A stretch of DNA of 64,000 bases from Candidatus Eremiobacteria bacterium (GTDB lineage Bacteria > Vulcanimicrobiota > Vulcanimicrobiia > Vulcanimicrobiales > Vulcanimicrobiaceae), in contig CAVWUU010000004.1 of NCBI GenBank assembly GCA_963758295.1, positions 192,001 to 256,000 of the forward strand, given 5' to 3'. Under the pieces are notes generated by a model that made no database searches, was not told the DNA's origin, and saw only the letters and a program-made list of their open reading frames with translations. Positions 28,982-37,419 of the stretch are shown here, piece by piece; position 1 is the first letter of the stretch; each line of letters begins with the position of its first letter. Made by a program: the position numbers and the translations under genes.

Positions 28982-30993
28982 TATTTGAACTCGTTGTAGA
29001 AGGCTTGCGGGCTCATCGGGCGCCCCAAGAACTTCGCGACTTCAGCGTCGGGTTCGTACGTCCGTGCAGGCGCAAGAATATCATCGCGATACCGCATTCC
29101 GACAGCCGGATTCTCGAGGCCGCCCTTGAGAAACGCCGTGAACATGTCTTGAGCATACACCTTGGACCAAAGGTAGCCGTAATAGCCCGCGTCATAGCCG
29201 GACATCAAGTGACCGAAAGCGGCCTGCGGGAGGATTCCCGGGTACATCGGCATCGGCGAAACTTCTTTTGCCGTCGTCTCCCAGACCGCAGTCGTGTCGA
29301 CCTTCGGGCCCATCGTGTGGTAGCGCATGTCGACGTCTGCCAGCATGATTTGGCGCGTGGTCGAATACGCGTAGTCGACGTAGCGAGCAGCAATCATCTT
29401 CGAGATTAGGTCATCCGGCAACGGTTCGCCGGTTTTCCAGTTCGAGCTGATCTTCTTGAGGATCAACGGCTGCCACACGAAGTTTTCGAGCATCTGCGAA
29501 GGCGCCTCGACGAAGTCCTGACGGAACCCCGAGGAGAGCGTTTCATACGGCGCAGTTGCAAGCAGTGCGGCCATATTGTGCCCGAACTCGTGGAAGAACG
29601 TCACGACATCGTCGTGGCTCAAGAGCGCGGGTTGACCTGCGCCCGGTTTGGGCCAATTACCGACGATCGCCGCAACGGGCACGCGCGCCTTATCGGCCGT
29701 TACGCGATACGGTACGAGCGGCCAGTTTGCGAAGTGCTCGTACTTGCCTTCGCGCGGAAATAGGTCGAAATAGGTGAAGCCGAGCAGTTTGCCGGTCTTC
29801 GTGTCGGTAACGCGATACTCGAGCACGTCGGGAACCCACGCATCCGAGGGCGTGACGCGCGCAAAGTTCACGCCGAGCAGCGTGTGGTAGATGTCGAGAA
29901 CGGAGTCAATGGTGTGCTGCACGGGGAAGTACTGGCGCACCGCGTTGGTGTCGACCGAATACTTCGAAATTTGCAGCTGGTATTGATAGCGCGAAACGTC
30001 CCACGGGTTCAATTGCGCCTGCGGGTCTTTCGTTTCGGCAACCTTCAGTTGACGCAACTCTTCGATGTCCGTCTTGGCCTTCGGCATGATGGTCTTATCC
30101 AGATTGCCGAGGAACGACTCAACGCGTTGGGGGTTCCCCGCCATGCGATCGTCGAGGACGTACGCAGCCCAGTTCGGATAGCCCATCAAATGCGCGATGC
30201 GGTCGCGCGTGGCTATGGCTTGTTCCAGCAACTGCACGTTGGCACGGCCGCCGCGGTTGTTCAAGGCCATGTAGTACGCCTTGCGCGCTTGCTCGTCGCC
30301 CGCGTAACGCAAGAACGCGCCGGTGCTTTCGTTTACCGGAACGGTATACGAGCCGTCGGCATTTTTTTTGTAGCTTGCCAGCACGTCGGCAGGAATGCCG
30401 GTGCTTTGCGCGGCGCTGATCGTAATCGTCGTTTTATCTTCGGCGATATTCTGCTGATACGAATTCTGCAGATTCGTCAGGGTATTTTCGAGTGCGATGT
30501 ATTCTTTTCGCTGAGGCGGCGGAAGCGCGGCACCCGAGCGCTTCAGTCCGCTCAGCCAAAGCGCGGTGAGCTTCTTGTCGTAAACCGTTCTCGCGGTGCC
30601 GCTTTCGGAGGCCGCGGCAACGGCAGCGTAGAGTTTCGGATCGGCCGAGATAGTGTTATAAACGGTCGATTGTTTATTTTGACAGTCCAAAGCCGCGTCG
30701 CGTTCGGCTTTGCCCGGTGCGACGTTGAAAAGAAATTGCTGAACGACCGTGGCGTCGCTCAGATCGGCCTCGGCGTTCTCCAGCGGAATCATCGTGTTTT
30801 GGAACGTGCGTTTCGCGTGCGAGGCAAGAATGGTCTTCACACGCGACTGCAACGTCGCGATCTGCTGCGAGCATGTCGACGCGATCGTTTGCGCGTTCAT
30901 GTTCCAGTCGAGATTATCCGGAGCCGCCGGTGCGGCCGATGCCGGCAGTATCGTGGCCGCGGCCAGCAATACGTAGGCGATGGTTCGCTTCAT
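28981..30993 (-). CDS. Exported M3-family (thimet oligopeptidase-like) metallopeptidase
   Basis: Signal peptide, DLFPREGK, FHEFGH, DFVEAPSQMLE, YDAGYYGYLWS. Confidence 0.92.
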   Translation of the reverse strand: MKRTIAYVLLAAATILPASAAPAAPDNLDWNMNAQTIASTCSQQIATLQSRVKTILASHAKRTFQNTMIPLENAEADLSDATVVQQFLFNVAPGKAERDAALDCQNKQSTVYNTISADPKLYAAVAAASESGTARTVYDKKLTALWLSGLKRSGAALPPPQRKEYIALENTLTNLQNSYQQNIAEDKTTITISAAQSTGIPADVLASYKKNADGSYTVPVNESTGAFLRYAGDEQARKAYYMALNNRGGRANVQLLEQAIATRDRIAHLMGYPNWAAYVLDDRMAGNPQRVESFLGNLDKTIMPKAKTDIEELRQLKVAETKDPQAQLNPWDVSRYQYQLQISKYSVDTNAVRQYFPVQHTIDSVLDIYHTLLGVNFARVTPSDAWVPDVLEYRVTDTKTGKLLGFTYFDLFPREGKYEHFANWPLVPYRVTADKARVPVAAIVGNWPKPGAGQPALLSHDDVVTFFHEFGHNMAALLATAPYETLSSGFRQDFVEAPSQMLENFVWQPLILKKISSNWKTGEPLPDDLISKMIAARYVDYAYSTTRQIMLADVDMRYHTMGPKVDTTAVWETTAKEVSPMPMYPGILPQAAFGHLMSGYDAGYYGYLWSKVYAQDMFTAFLKGGLENPAVGMRYRDDILAPARTYEPDAEVAKFLGRPMSPQAFYNEFK

Positions 30994-31603
30994 TCGTGAG
31001 TCTCCGCTTGGGGCAGGCCGAGTTGTCGAAACAGGGCATTCGGGTTAGCCGCGCGTCCTAAGAATCGTGCGACTTCGGTATCGGCATCGTACGTTCGCGC
31101 CGGTGCGAAGATTTGCTTCCGAAGCTTTAGCGCGATGCCGGCGTCGCCGTCCGGCGTCCCCGAGGACGCCGTCAGAAAGTCCCCGGCGTACATCCGCGCT
31201 CGGGAAGCACATACGGTGGGCCGTCGTTCTCGTTGATAAAGAAAAATAAATAGCGAGGATCGCGATGGGCCAAGGCTTCGAGATCGACACGCGGGCCCGA
31301 TTCGTGCCCTTGCAATGCTTGCATGGCGGGGTCGAGTTGCCGGGACGAGTCATAAGCTTCATCGAGCGAATGCGTCGCCGACGCGAGAGCGGCACTTTCG
31401 GCGTCCGTCTGTTTGCGCATCACGCGCATACGCGAGCCAATACCGATCACCGTGACCGCGTACGACCCGTCTCGGTGACGTTGAAGCCTCGCCGGCAAAT
31501 CAGCCGGGATGCCCCCCGGCCGCACCCGCTCGCGATCCCGGCAGGAGCCTCATGCCACTCAAGTTGGGCGGACGCGAGCAGTAGCTTGAGACGGACGGCG
31601 CAT
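30990..31603 (-). pseudogene. Heavily deleted, frameshifted paralog of the adjacent M3 peptidase
   Basis: Colinear islands in different frames match the neighbour: LEWHEAPAGIASGC, GIPADL...DGSYAVTV, GPRVD, APARTYDADTEVARFLGR. Confidence 0.75.
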
Positions 31604-31638
31604 AGGGTCTTATTCGGCAGTAGCGCGTCCGGCCCGTG

Positions 31639-31647
31639 TGGTATCAT
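31639..31647 (+). promoter_or_regulatory. Extended -10 promoter for SRP RNA
   Basis: TGgTATCAT 5 nt before the SRP terminal helix. Confidence 0.6.
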
Positions 31648-31652
31648 GGCCA

Positions 31653-31772
<120 letters not shown>

Positions 31773-31779
31773 TGCATTT

Positions 31780-32271
31780 ATGTCAAACGAAGCAATTTAC
31801 GCTGCGATTGCAGCTTTCGCAGGCGGCCTGATCGCGCTCGCCGTTTACCATGCCGCCGTCGTGCGGCCCGCCTTGGCGCGGATCACCGAGCTTTTGGGCG
31901 TCCACGACGACCTCATCGGCGGGGGTTCCGGCGCGGCGGACCGGCTTGCGCGCCTCGATGCTGCGCTTGCTGAAAACCACGCGGCCTTGCAGAGTGTGAA
32001 CGGGCGGCTAAGCGAACTCGAAGCGCTGGCTCGTACCGACCTGTCCCGGGTCGGATTTGTACGATATGATGCCTTCGACGGCTCCGGTGCCGAACTGTCC
32101 TACGCCATGGCTCTACTCAACCGGGATGGCGACGGCGTCGTAATTTCGAGCATTTACTCCCGCGCCGATACCCGCACGTTCGGGAAGGGCGTTGCGGGGT
32201 ACAAACCGGCAGTTAACGCTTCGGAAGAAGAGCTGCTGGCGATCGAACGGGCTCGCGCGGCTAAGGCATGA
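31780..32271 (+). CDS. DUF4446-like membrane-anchored protein
   Basis: N-terminal TM, coiled coil, VGFVRYDAF, LSYAMALL, SSIYSR, SEEE. Confidence 0.8.
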   Translation: MSNEAIYAAIAAFAGGLIALAVYHAAVVRPALARITELLGVHDDLIGGGSGAADRLARLDAALAENHAALQSVNGRLSELEALARTDLSRVGFVRYDAFDGSGAELSYAMALLNRDGDGVVISSIYSRADTRTFGKGVAGYKPAVNASEEELLAIERARAAKA

Positions 32272-33197
32272 TCAAAGATCGTTATTACGTGAAGATCGTC
32301 CCCCACAAGGGCGAGACGGTCCACCGCTTCGAGGTGCATCGACGCCAAATCGCCGCCGTGGCGACGATAGTGGCTTGCGTCATTTTCGGGTCGCTCGTCA
32401 TAGCCGCGGCTCAGCTCGTGCATGCGCGTTCGCAAGTCGTATATCTGCAGGCACAGGCAGCCTCGCAACAAGCGACGCTCAAGCAAATCGACAAGCAGAC
32501 CGACGCGCTGCGCCGCGAGCTGCAGCACGTCCAGAAGCAGAACACCGAGATCCGGCAGCTAATCGGCGCCCCCGCGTCGACCCCCGCCCCGGCGAAGTCG
32601 AATTTACAAAAGACGTCGTGGGTGCATGGCCGACCGTCGTTGCCCGCCGTTCAGGCGCGCGTTGAAGCGCTCGAGGCCGCATCCAGCATCACGACGCAAG
32701 ATTCCGAAAAGATCAAACGCCTCGCGCTGCATGTCTTGAATTTGCGCCACCTGCGGGATCTCGCGCGAGCGCAAATGGTCGCGGCGATTCCGTCCATCGA
32801 TCCGGTAGACGGCGCCGAAATCGTGGGCTGCTACTGCTACCGCACGTATCCTGACACGGAATTCCATGAGGGCGTCGATCTGGGCGCCGACTACGGTCAA
32901 ACGGTGCGCGCGTCGGCCGCCGGCACGATCGTCGCGACCGGATACGACGGCGGATACGGCATCAAAGTGGACATCGACCACGGCAACGGTTATCACACGT
33001 GGTACGCGCACTTATCGCGTGTCGACGTTCAAGTCGGCCAGCACGTATATAAAGGCCAGAGCATCGCCGCCGTCGGTGCAACGGGCTTCGCCACGGGACC
33101 ACACCTGCATTACCAGGTGATGTATAACGGATCGCCCGTCGATCCGACGCCGTTCCTCACCGGCGTCCCCTCAAATGTCCTAGCGTCGCTTCCGTAG
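32268..33197 (+). CDS. M23 family peptidoglycan endopeptidase
   Basis: TM plus coiled coil, HEGVD, YAHLS, TGPHLHY. Confidence 0.9.
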   Translation: MIKDRYYVKIVPHKGETVHRFEVHRRQIAAVATIVACVIFGSLVIAAAQLVHARSQVVYLQAQAASQQATLKQIDKQTDALRRELQHVQKQNTEIRQLIGAPASTPAPAKSNLQKTSWVHGRPSLPAVQARVEALEAASSITTQDSEKIKRLALHVLNLRHLRDLARAQMVAAIPSIDPVDGAEIVGCYCYRTYPDTEFHEGVDLGADYGQTVRASAAGTIVATGYDGGYGIKVDIDHGNGYHTWYAHLSRVDVQVGQHVYKGQSIAAVGATGFATGPHLHYQVMYNGSPVDPTPFLTGVPSNVLASLP

Positions 33198-33212
33198 AAC
33201 AGCCGACGCACC

Positions 33213-33497
33213 GTGAATGGATTAATCTGCCAACTCGACCTCGCGGTCGTCTGGGTCCTCCGCGTCTATTCGATCATACTGCTGATTTACGCGATTCTTT
33301 CGTGGATTCCGGATCTGCGCGGGAACTGGGTACGATACTTCGCAATGCTGGTCGAGCCGGTGCTGAGTCCGCTCCGCCGGATCATCCCGCCGCTTGGCGG
33401 TCTGGACCTCTCGTTTCTCGTGCTCATCCTCGCGTTGAACTACCTCATCATTCCGCTCGTCTATCGAGCGGCAGCCGGGGCTTGCTTCCCCTATTAA
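33213..33497 (+). CDS. yggT: YggT family membrane protein
   Basis: ILSWIP, VEPVL.PLRRIIPPLGGLDLS. Confidence 0.88.
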   Translation: MNGLICQLDLAVVWVLRVYSIILLIYAILSWIPDLRGNWVRYFAMLVEPVLSPLRRIIPPLGGLDLSFLVLILALNYLIIPLVYRAAAGACFPY

Positions 33498-35333
33498 TTG
33501 GACTTGAGTATCAAAGCCGAGAATCCGCACCGCACCGAAGTTGCCTCTAACGTTCGCAACTTTTGCATCATCGCACACATCGATCACGGAAAGACGACCC
33601 TTTCCGACCGTTTGCTCGAGCTCACGAAGACCGTCGAATCGCGCGATATGGAAGATCAGGCGCTTGATGCGATGGACCTGGAGCGCGAACGCGGTATCAC
33701 GATTCGGATGCATCCGGTCACGCTCAGCTATCGCGCGAAAGACGGGCAGACCTACGAGCTAAACCTGATCGACACGCCGGGACACGTCGACTTTTCGTAT
33801 GAAGTTTCACGGTCGCTCGCCGCGTGCGAGGGCGCGTTGCTTATCATCGATGCGGCGCAAGGTATCGAAGCGCAAACGCTGGCGAACTATCATCTCGCCG
33901 TGGAGCACGATCTTACGATCATTCCGGTGATCAACAAGATCGACTTGCCCGCCGCCGACCCCGAGCGGGTGATGAACGAAGTCGAAGAACTGCTGATCAT
34001 CGAGAAGAGCGAATGCATTCTCGCGAGCGCCAAGAACGGCATCGGCGTCGAAGACATTCTCGAAGCGATCGTCACGCGGATTCCGCCGCCGAAGGGGCAC
34101 AACGACCATCTTCGCGGGTTGGTTTTTAACGCGCAGTTCGATCCGTATCGCGGCGTCGTCTCGTACGTGCGCGTTGCCGACGGCGAACTCAAAGCCGGCA
34201 GCAAGTTCATGTCGATGGCGCATGAGCGCGTTTACGAATGTACGGAAGTCGGCGTCTTCGGGCCGCAGATGAAGCCGGTGAAGAAGCTCGCAATGGGCAG
34301 CGTCGGCTACGTCATCGCGAACATCAAATCGCTTGGCGACATCGACGTCGGCGACACGCTGACCGAAGCGCACAATCCGGCGCACGTGCCGCTAGCGGGA
34401 TACCGCAAGGCCGTGCCGATGGTGTATTGCGGCCTCTACCCCAACGAAGGCGCGGAGTACGAAGAGCTGCGCGACGCGCTCGACAAGATGAAACTCAACG
34501 ATGCCGCGCTTTCCTATGAACCGGAAACTTCCGTGGCACTCGGCTTTGGTTTCCGCTGCGGATTCTTGGGCCTTTTACACATGGAGATCGTGCAGGAGCG
34601 GCTCGAGCGCGATTTCAGCCTGGACCTCATCGCGACGTCGCCCTCGGTCGTCTTCCGCGTGACGCGCACCGACGGCAACGTCGAGATGATCGACAATCCG
34701 TCGAAGCTCCCTGCCAGCAATTTGATCGACACGATCGAGGAGCCGTTCGTCAAGGCGACCATCATTACGCCGCCCGATTACGTAGGCGCGATTATGGATA
34801 TTACGATCAGCCGCCGCGGCACGCTCTTGAACATGGAGTATTTGCATGACGGCCGCGTCATCCTGACGTTCGAAATGCCGCTCATCGAAGTCATCGTAGA
34901 CTTCTTCGATCAACTGAAATCGCGTACGAAGGGCTACGCTTCATTGGACTATGAAGTAATTGGTTACCGCGAAGGCGACCTGGTGAAGCTTGAAATTCTG
35001 CTGAACAGCGAATCGGTGGACGCTCTGTCGTTCATCGTCGCGCGCGAAAAAGCGGCTTCGCGTGGGCGCGCGCTTGCGGAGAAGCTCAAAGAACTCATTC
35101 CGCGACAGATGTTTGAAGTGCCGATTCAAGCGGCCATCGGCGGCAAGGTCGTCGCTCGCGAAACGGTCAGCGCGCAGCGCAAGAACGTTCTGGCGAAGTG
35201 TTACGGCGGCGACATCTCGCGTAAGCGCAAGCTGCTCGAGAAGCAGAAGGCCGGTAAGGAACGCATGAAACGTGTCGGCCGCGTGGAGCTTCCGCAAGAA
35301 GCGTTCATGGCGGTTCTCAAACTCGAAGATTAA
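33498..35333 (+). CDS. lepA: Elongation factor 4
   Basis: [53 protein letters not shown]. Confidence 0.97.
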   Translation: MDLSIKAENPHRTEVASNVRNFCIIAHIDHGKTTLSDRLLELTKTVESRDMEDQALDAMDLERERGITIRMHPVTLSYRAKDGQTYELNLIDTPGHVDFSYEVSRSLAACEGALLIIDAAQGIEAQTLANYHLAVEHDLTIIPVINKIDLPAADPERVMNEVEELLIIEKSECILASAKNGIGVEDILEAIVTRIPPPKGHNDHLRGLVFNAQFDPYRGVVSYVRVADGELKAGSKFMSMAHERVYECTEVGVFGPQMKPVKKLAMGSVGYVIANIKSLGDIDVGDTLTEAHNPAHVPLAGYRKAVPMVYCGLYPNEGAEYEELRDALDKMKLNDAALSYEPETSVALGFGFRCGFLGLLHMEIVQERLERDFSLDLIATSPSVVFRVTRTDGNVEMIDNPSKLPASNLIDTIEEPFVKATIITPPDYVGAIMDITISRRGTLLNMEYLHDGRVILTFEMPLIEVIVDFFDQLKSRTKGYASLDYEVIGYREGDLVKLEILLNSESVDALSFIVAREKAASRGRALAEKLKELIPRQMFEVPIQAAIGGKVVARETVSAQRKNVLAKCYGGDISRKRKLLEKQKAGKERMKRVGRVELPQEAFMAVLKLED

Positions 35334-35356
35334 CGGGCGACTCATCGAGCGTTTCC

Positions 35357-35953
35357 ATGAAGACTTACATCGCGACTAAGAACGAAGGCAAGCTCGCCGA
35401 GATTCGTACGATGCTAAACGGCTCCGGGCTCAATCTTTGTACTTACGCCGGGTATCGCGACCCCGAAGAAGGCGAGACCAGCTACGTCGACAACGCGCTC
35501 TTGAAGGCGCGTACGCTGCGCGAGCAGTTGCGCGACGCCGGTGTCATTGACGCTGCGGTGCTCGCCGACGACAGCGGAATTGAAATTGAGGCGTTCGGCG
35601 GCAGGCCCGGCGTGTTGTCCGCGCGTTACGCAGGCGAATCGACGCCTTGGCCCGAGCGCCGCGATTTTTTGCTGGGCGAGCTGAGCGGCGTTCCGGAAGA
35701 GCGGCGCGGCGCGAGGTTTGTTTGCGTGATGGCGTACATCGCGCCGGACGGGCGCGAGACGGTCGTCCGCGGCGAAGTGGACGGCCGCATTCCCGTAGCC
35801 GAAAAGGGCGAACACGGCTTTGGTTACGATCCGGTGTTTTTCTATCCGCCGATCGAGAAAACGTTCGCGGAGATTCCGGAAGAAGATAAGAATCGCTTGA
35901 GCCATCGCGGCCGCGCAGCGCGCGCGCTGCTGGAAGCCCTGCAGCGAGCATGA
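35357..35953 (+). CDS. rdgB: Non-canonical purine NTP pyrophosphatase
   Basis: ATKNEGK, ADDSG, PGVLSARY, GFGYDP, KNRLSHRG. Confidence 0.93.
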   Translation: MKTYIATKNEGKLAEIRTMLNGSGLNLCTYAGYRDPEEGETSYVDNALLKARTLREQLRDAGVIDAAVLADDSGIEIEAFGGRPGVLSARYAGESTPWPERRDFLLGELSGVPEERRGARFVCVMAYIAPDGRETVVRGEVDGRIPVAEKGEHGFGYDPVFFYPPIEKTFAEIPEEDKNRLSHRGRAARALLEALQRA

Positions 35954-36807
35954 ACGAACCGCAGATCGTTCCGGCAACCGGCGGCGATTTGCGGCAATTG
36001 GCGGCACGCCGCTGGAGCGATGATGAGAGCCGGCGTCTCTATGTCTCCCTCGCGCAATCGGCGCCGCACGGTGCATGGATTGCAAGTGACGACGGCACGC
36101 CGGTTGGTGCTGCGTTCGGACATGTTTCTTCCGACGAGCTCTACATCAGCGAACTTTTCGTCGAGCCTTCGTTCCGGCGGCAGGGTCTGGGCTGGAAGCT
36201 CATGACGGCGATCACCCAGGATGCCGGCGACCTTTCGCTTTCGGGACTCGTGGAAGCCAACGATGCATCGTCCCTAGCGTTTTTCTTGCGACGCGGGATA
36301 GCATTGCAGGCACCGGTGCTGCGCGTTGCCGGTGCCGTCCCCCGCGAAGAAGAACTCATTCAAATGGCGGCCGGCGATTATCGCTTCAACGCCGTCCCGA
36401 TCGATCCGCGCGCACACCGCCATGCCCTCGATGCGCTCGACCGCGAAGTGCGCGGCACAGCGCGCCCCGAGGATCACGAAAGTTTCGCGCAGCTTGCAAC
36501 AGGCACAGCCTTCATATTGAATGACGAGATCGTAGGCTACGCCTACGTTTGGCCCGACGGCCGCATTGGTCCGCTCGTGTCGGCTTCCGGCGCGTATTTG
36601 GTTCAATTCTTTGCGTTCGCGCTTGCATCGCTCGCACGCGCTTATCGCGCGTCTTGGTGTATGGCGCTCGTTCCCGGAAACAACGTGCGCCTTATGCGGG
36701 CTGCCGTGCGTGTCGGTCTCACGCTGGATCAAGTACGCATTTTCGCATCCGATCAACCTTTGCTCGATCTCTCGCGCTACGTTGGATTCCACGCGCTCAC
36801 TTTCTAA
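35950..36807 (+). CDS. GNAT family acetyltransferase (two-domain)
   Basis: LFVEPSFRRQGLG motif A; C-terminal RIGPL. Confidence 0.8.
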   Translation: MNEPQIVPATGGDLRQLAARRWSDDESRRLYVSLAQSAPHGAWIASDDGTPVGAAFGHVSSDELYISELFVEPSFRRQGLGWKLMTAITQDAGDLSLSGLVEANDASSLAFFLRRGIALQAPVLRVAGAVPREEELIQMAAGDYRFNAVPIDPRAHRHALDALDREVRGTARPEDHESFAQLATGTAFILNDEIVGYAYVWPDGRIGPLVSASGAYLVQFFAFALASLARAYRASWCMALVPGNNVRLMRAAVRVGLTLDQVRIFASDQPLLDLSRYVGFHALTF

Positions 36808-37007
36808 ATTGCCATCCAGTTGGCGTAATAGAGTTTGACCATGTCCGCGGGCGAAAAGCGCAAAATATCAGCGAGATGATCGGCGGAAATATTGCCTGGC
36901 GAAGGATAGAAGAAGAACTCGACAAATGTGAGGTCCGTTGCGCGAATTGCCATCGAAGGAAGACTGCCTTACAATTCGGGTGGTTTCGCACGACCTTCGG
37001 GACGTAG
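36808..37007 (+). pseudogene. HNH-type (His-Me finger) endonuclease remnant abutting tRNA-Pro
   Basis: IEFDHVRGRK...ISEMI...WRRIEEELDKCEVRCANCHRRKT; no proper start; lower GC than flanks; stop inside the tRNA. Confidence 0.7.
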
Positions 37008-37074
37008 CTCAGCTTGGTAGAGCACTGCGTTTGGGACGCAGGGGTCGCTGGTTCGAGTCCAGTCGTCCCGACCA
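36998..37074 (+). tRNA. tRNA-Pro(TGG)
   Basis: CGGGACG acceptor stem, CTGCG-TT-TGG-GA-CGCAG, encoded CCA. Confidence 0.96.
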
Positions 37075-37135
37075 TGAAGGTACTTGCGGGCGCATGGTAT
37101 CCTAACGAGGGTACCGCGCCCGCGGTGCCGCTCGA

Positions 37136-37209
<74 letters not shown>

Positions 37210-37233
37210 AATTGGTGGCCCGGAAATTGGAGT

Positions 37234-37312
37234 GGTGGTTGTAGCTCAGCTGGTTAGAGCGCTCGACTGTGACTCGAGAGGTTCGCGGGTTCGAACCCCG
37301 TCAGCCACCCCA
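37234..37312 (+). tRNA. tRNA-His(GTG)
   Basis: Encoded G-1, CTCGA-CT-GTG-AC-TCGAG, C73, CCA. Confidence 0.94.
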
Positions 37313-37320
37313 ATAGACAA

Positions 37321-37357
37321 GCGAGCCCGCGGCTTAATGCAGCGGGCTTGTTCTCTT
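37321..37357 (+). terminator. Terminator after tRNA cluster
   Basis: gcgagcccgc/gcgggcttgt stem followed by a pyrimidine tract. Confidence 0.6.
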
Positions 37358-37419
37358 AACATCGGCGAAGCTCCGCACGGGAGTAGTCCGACCGGACTAC
37401 GCGGAAAAGTCCCGTCTTA

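Noticed and set aside
29884..30999. Long antisense ORFs (also 4621-5679, 22803-23858, 52296-53534, 55393-56448, 62055-63017)
   Set aside because: Shadow frames opposite well-supported genes, expected at high GC; no recognisable motifs
36549..37007. 152-aa ORF as an intact nuclease gene
   Set aside because: Its first roughly 86 codons are an alternate frame of the GNAT gene; only the last roughly 65 look like HNH
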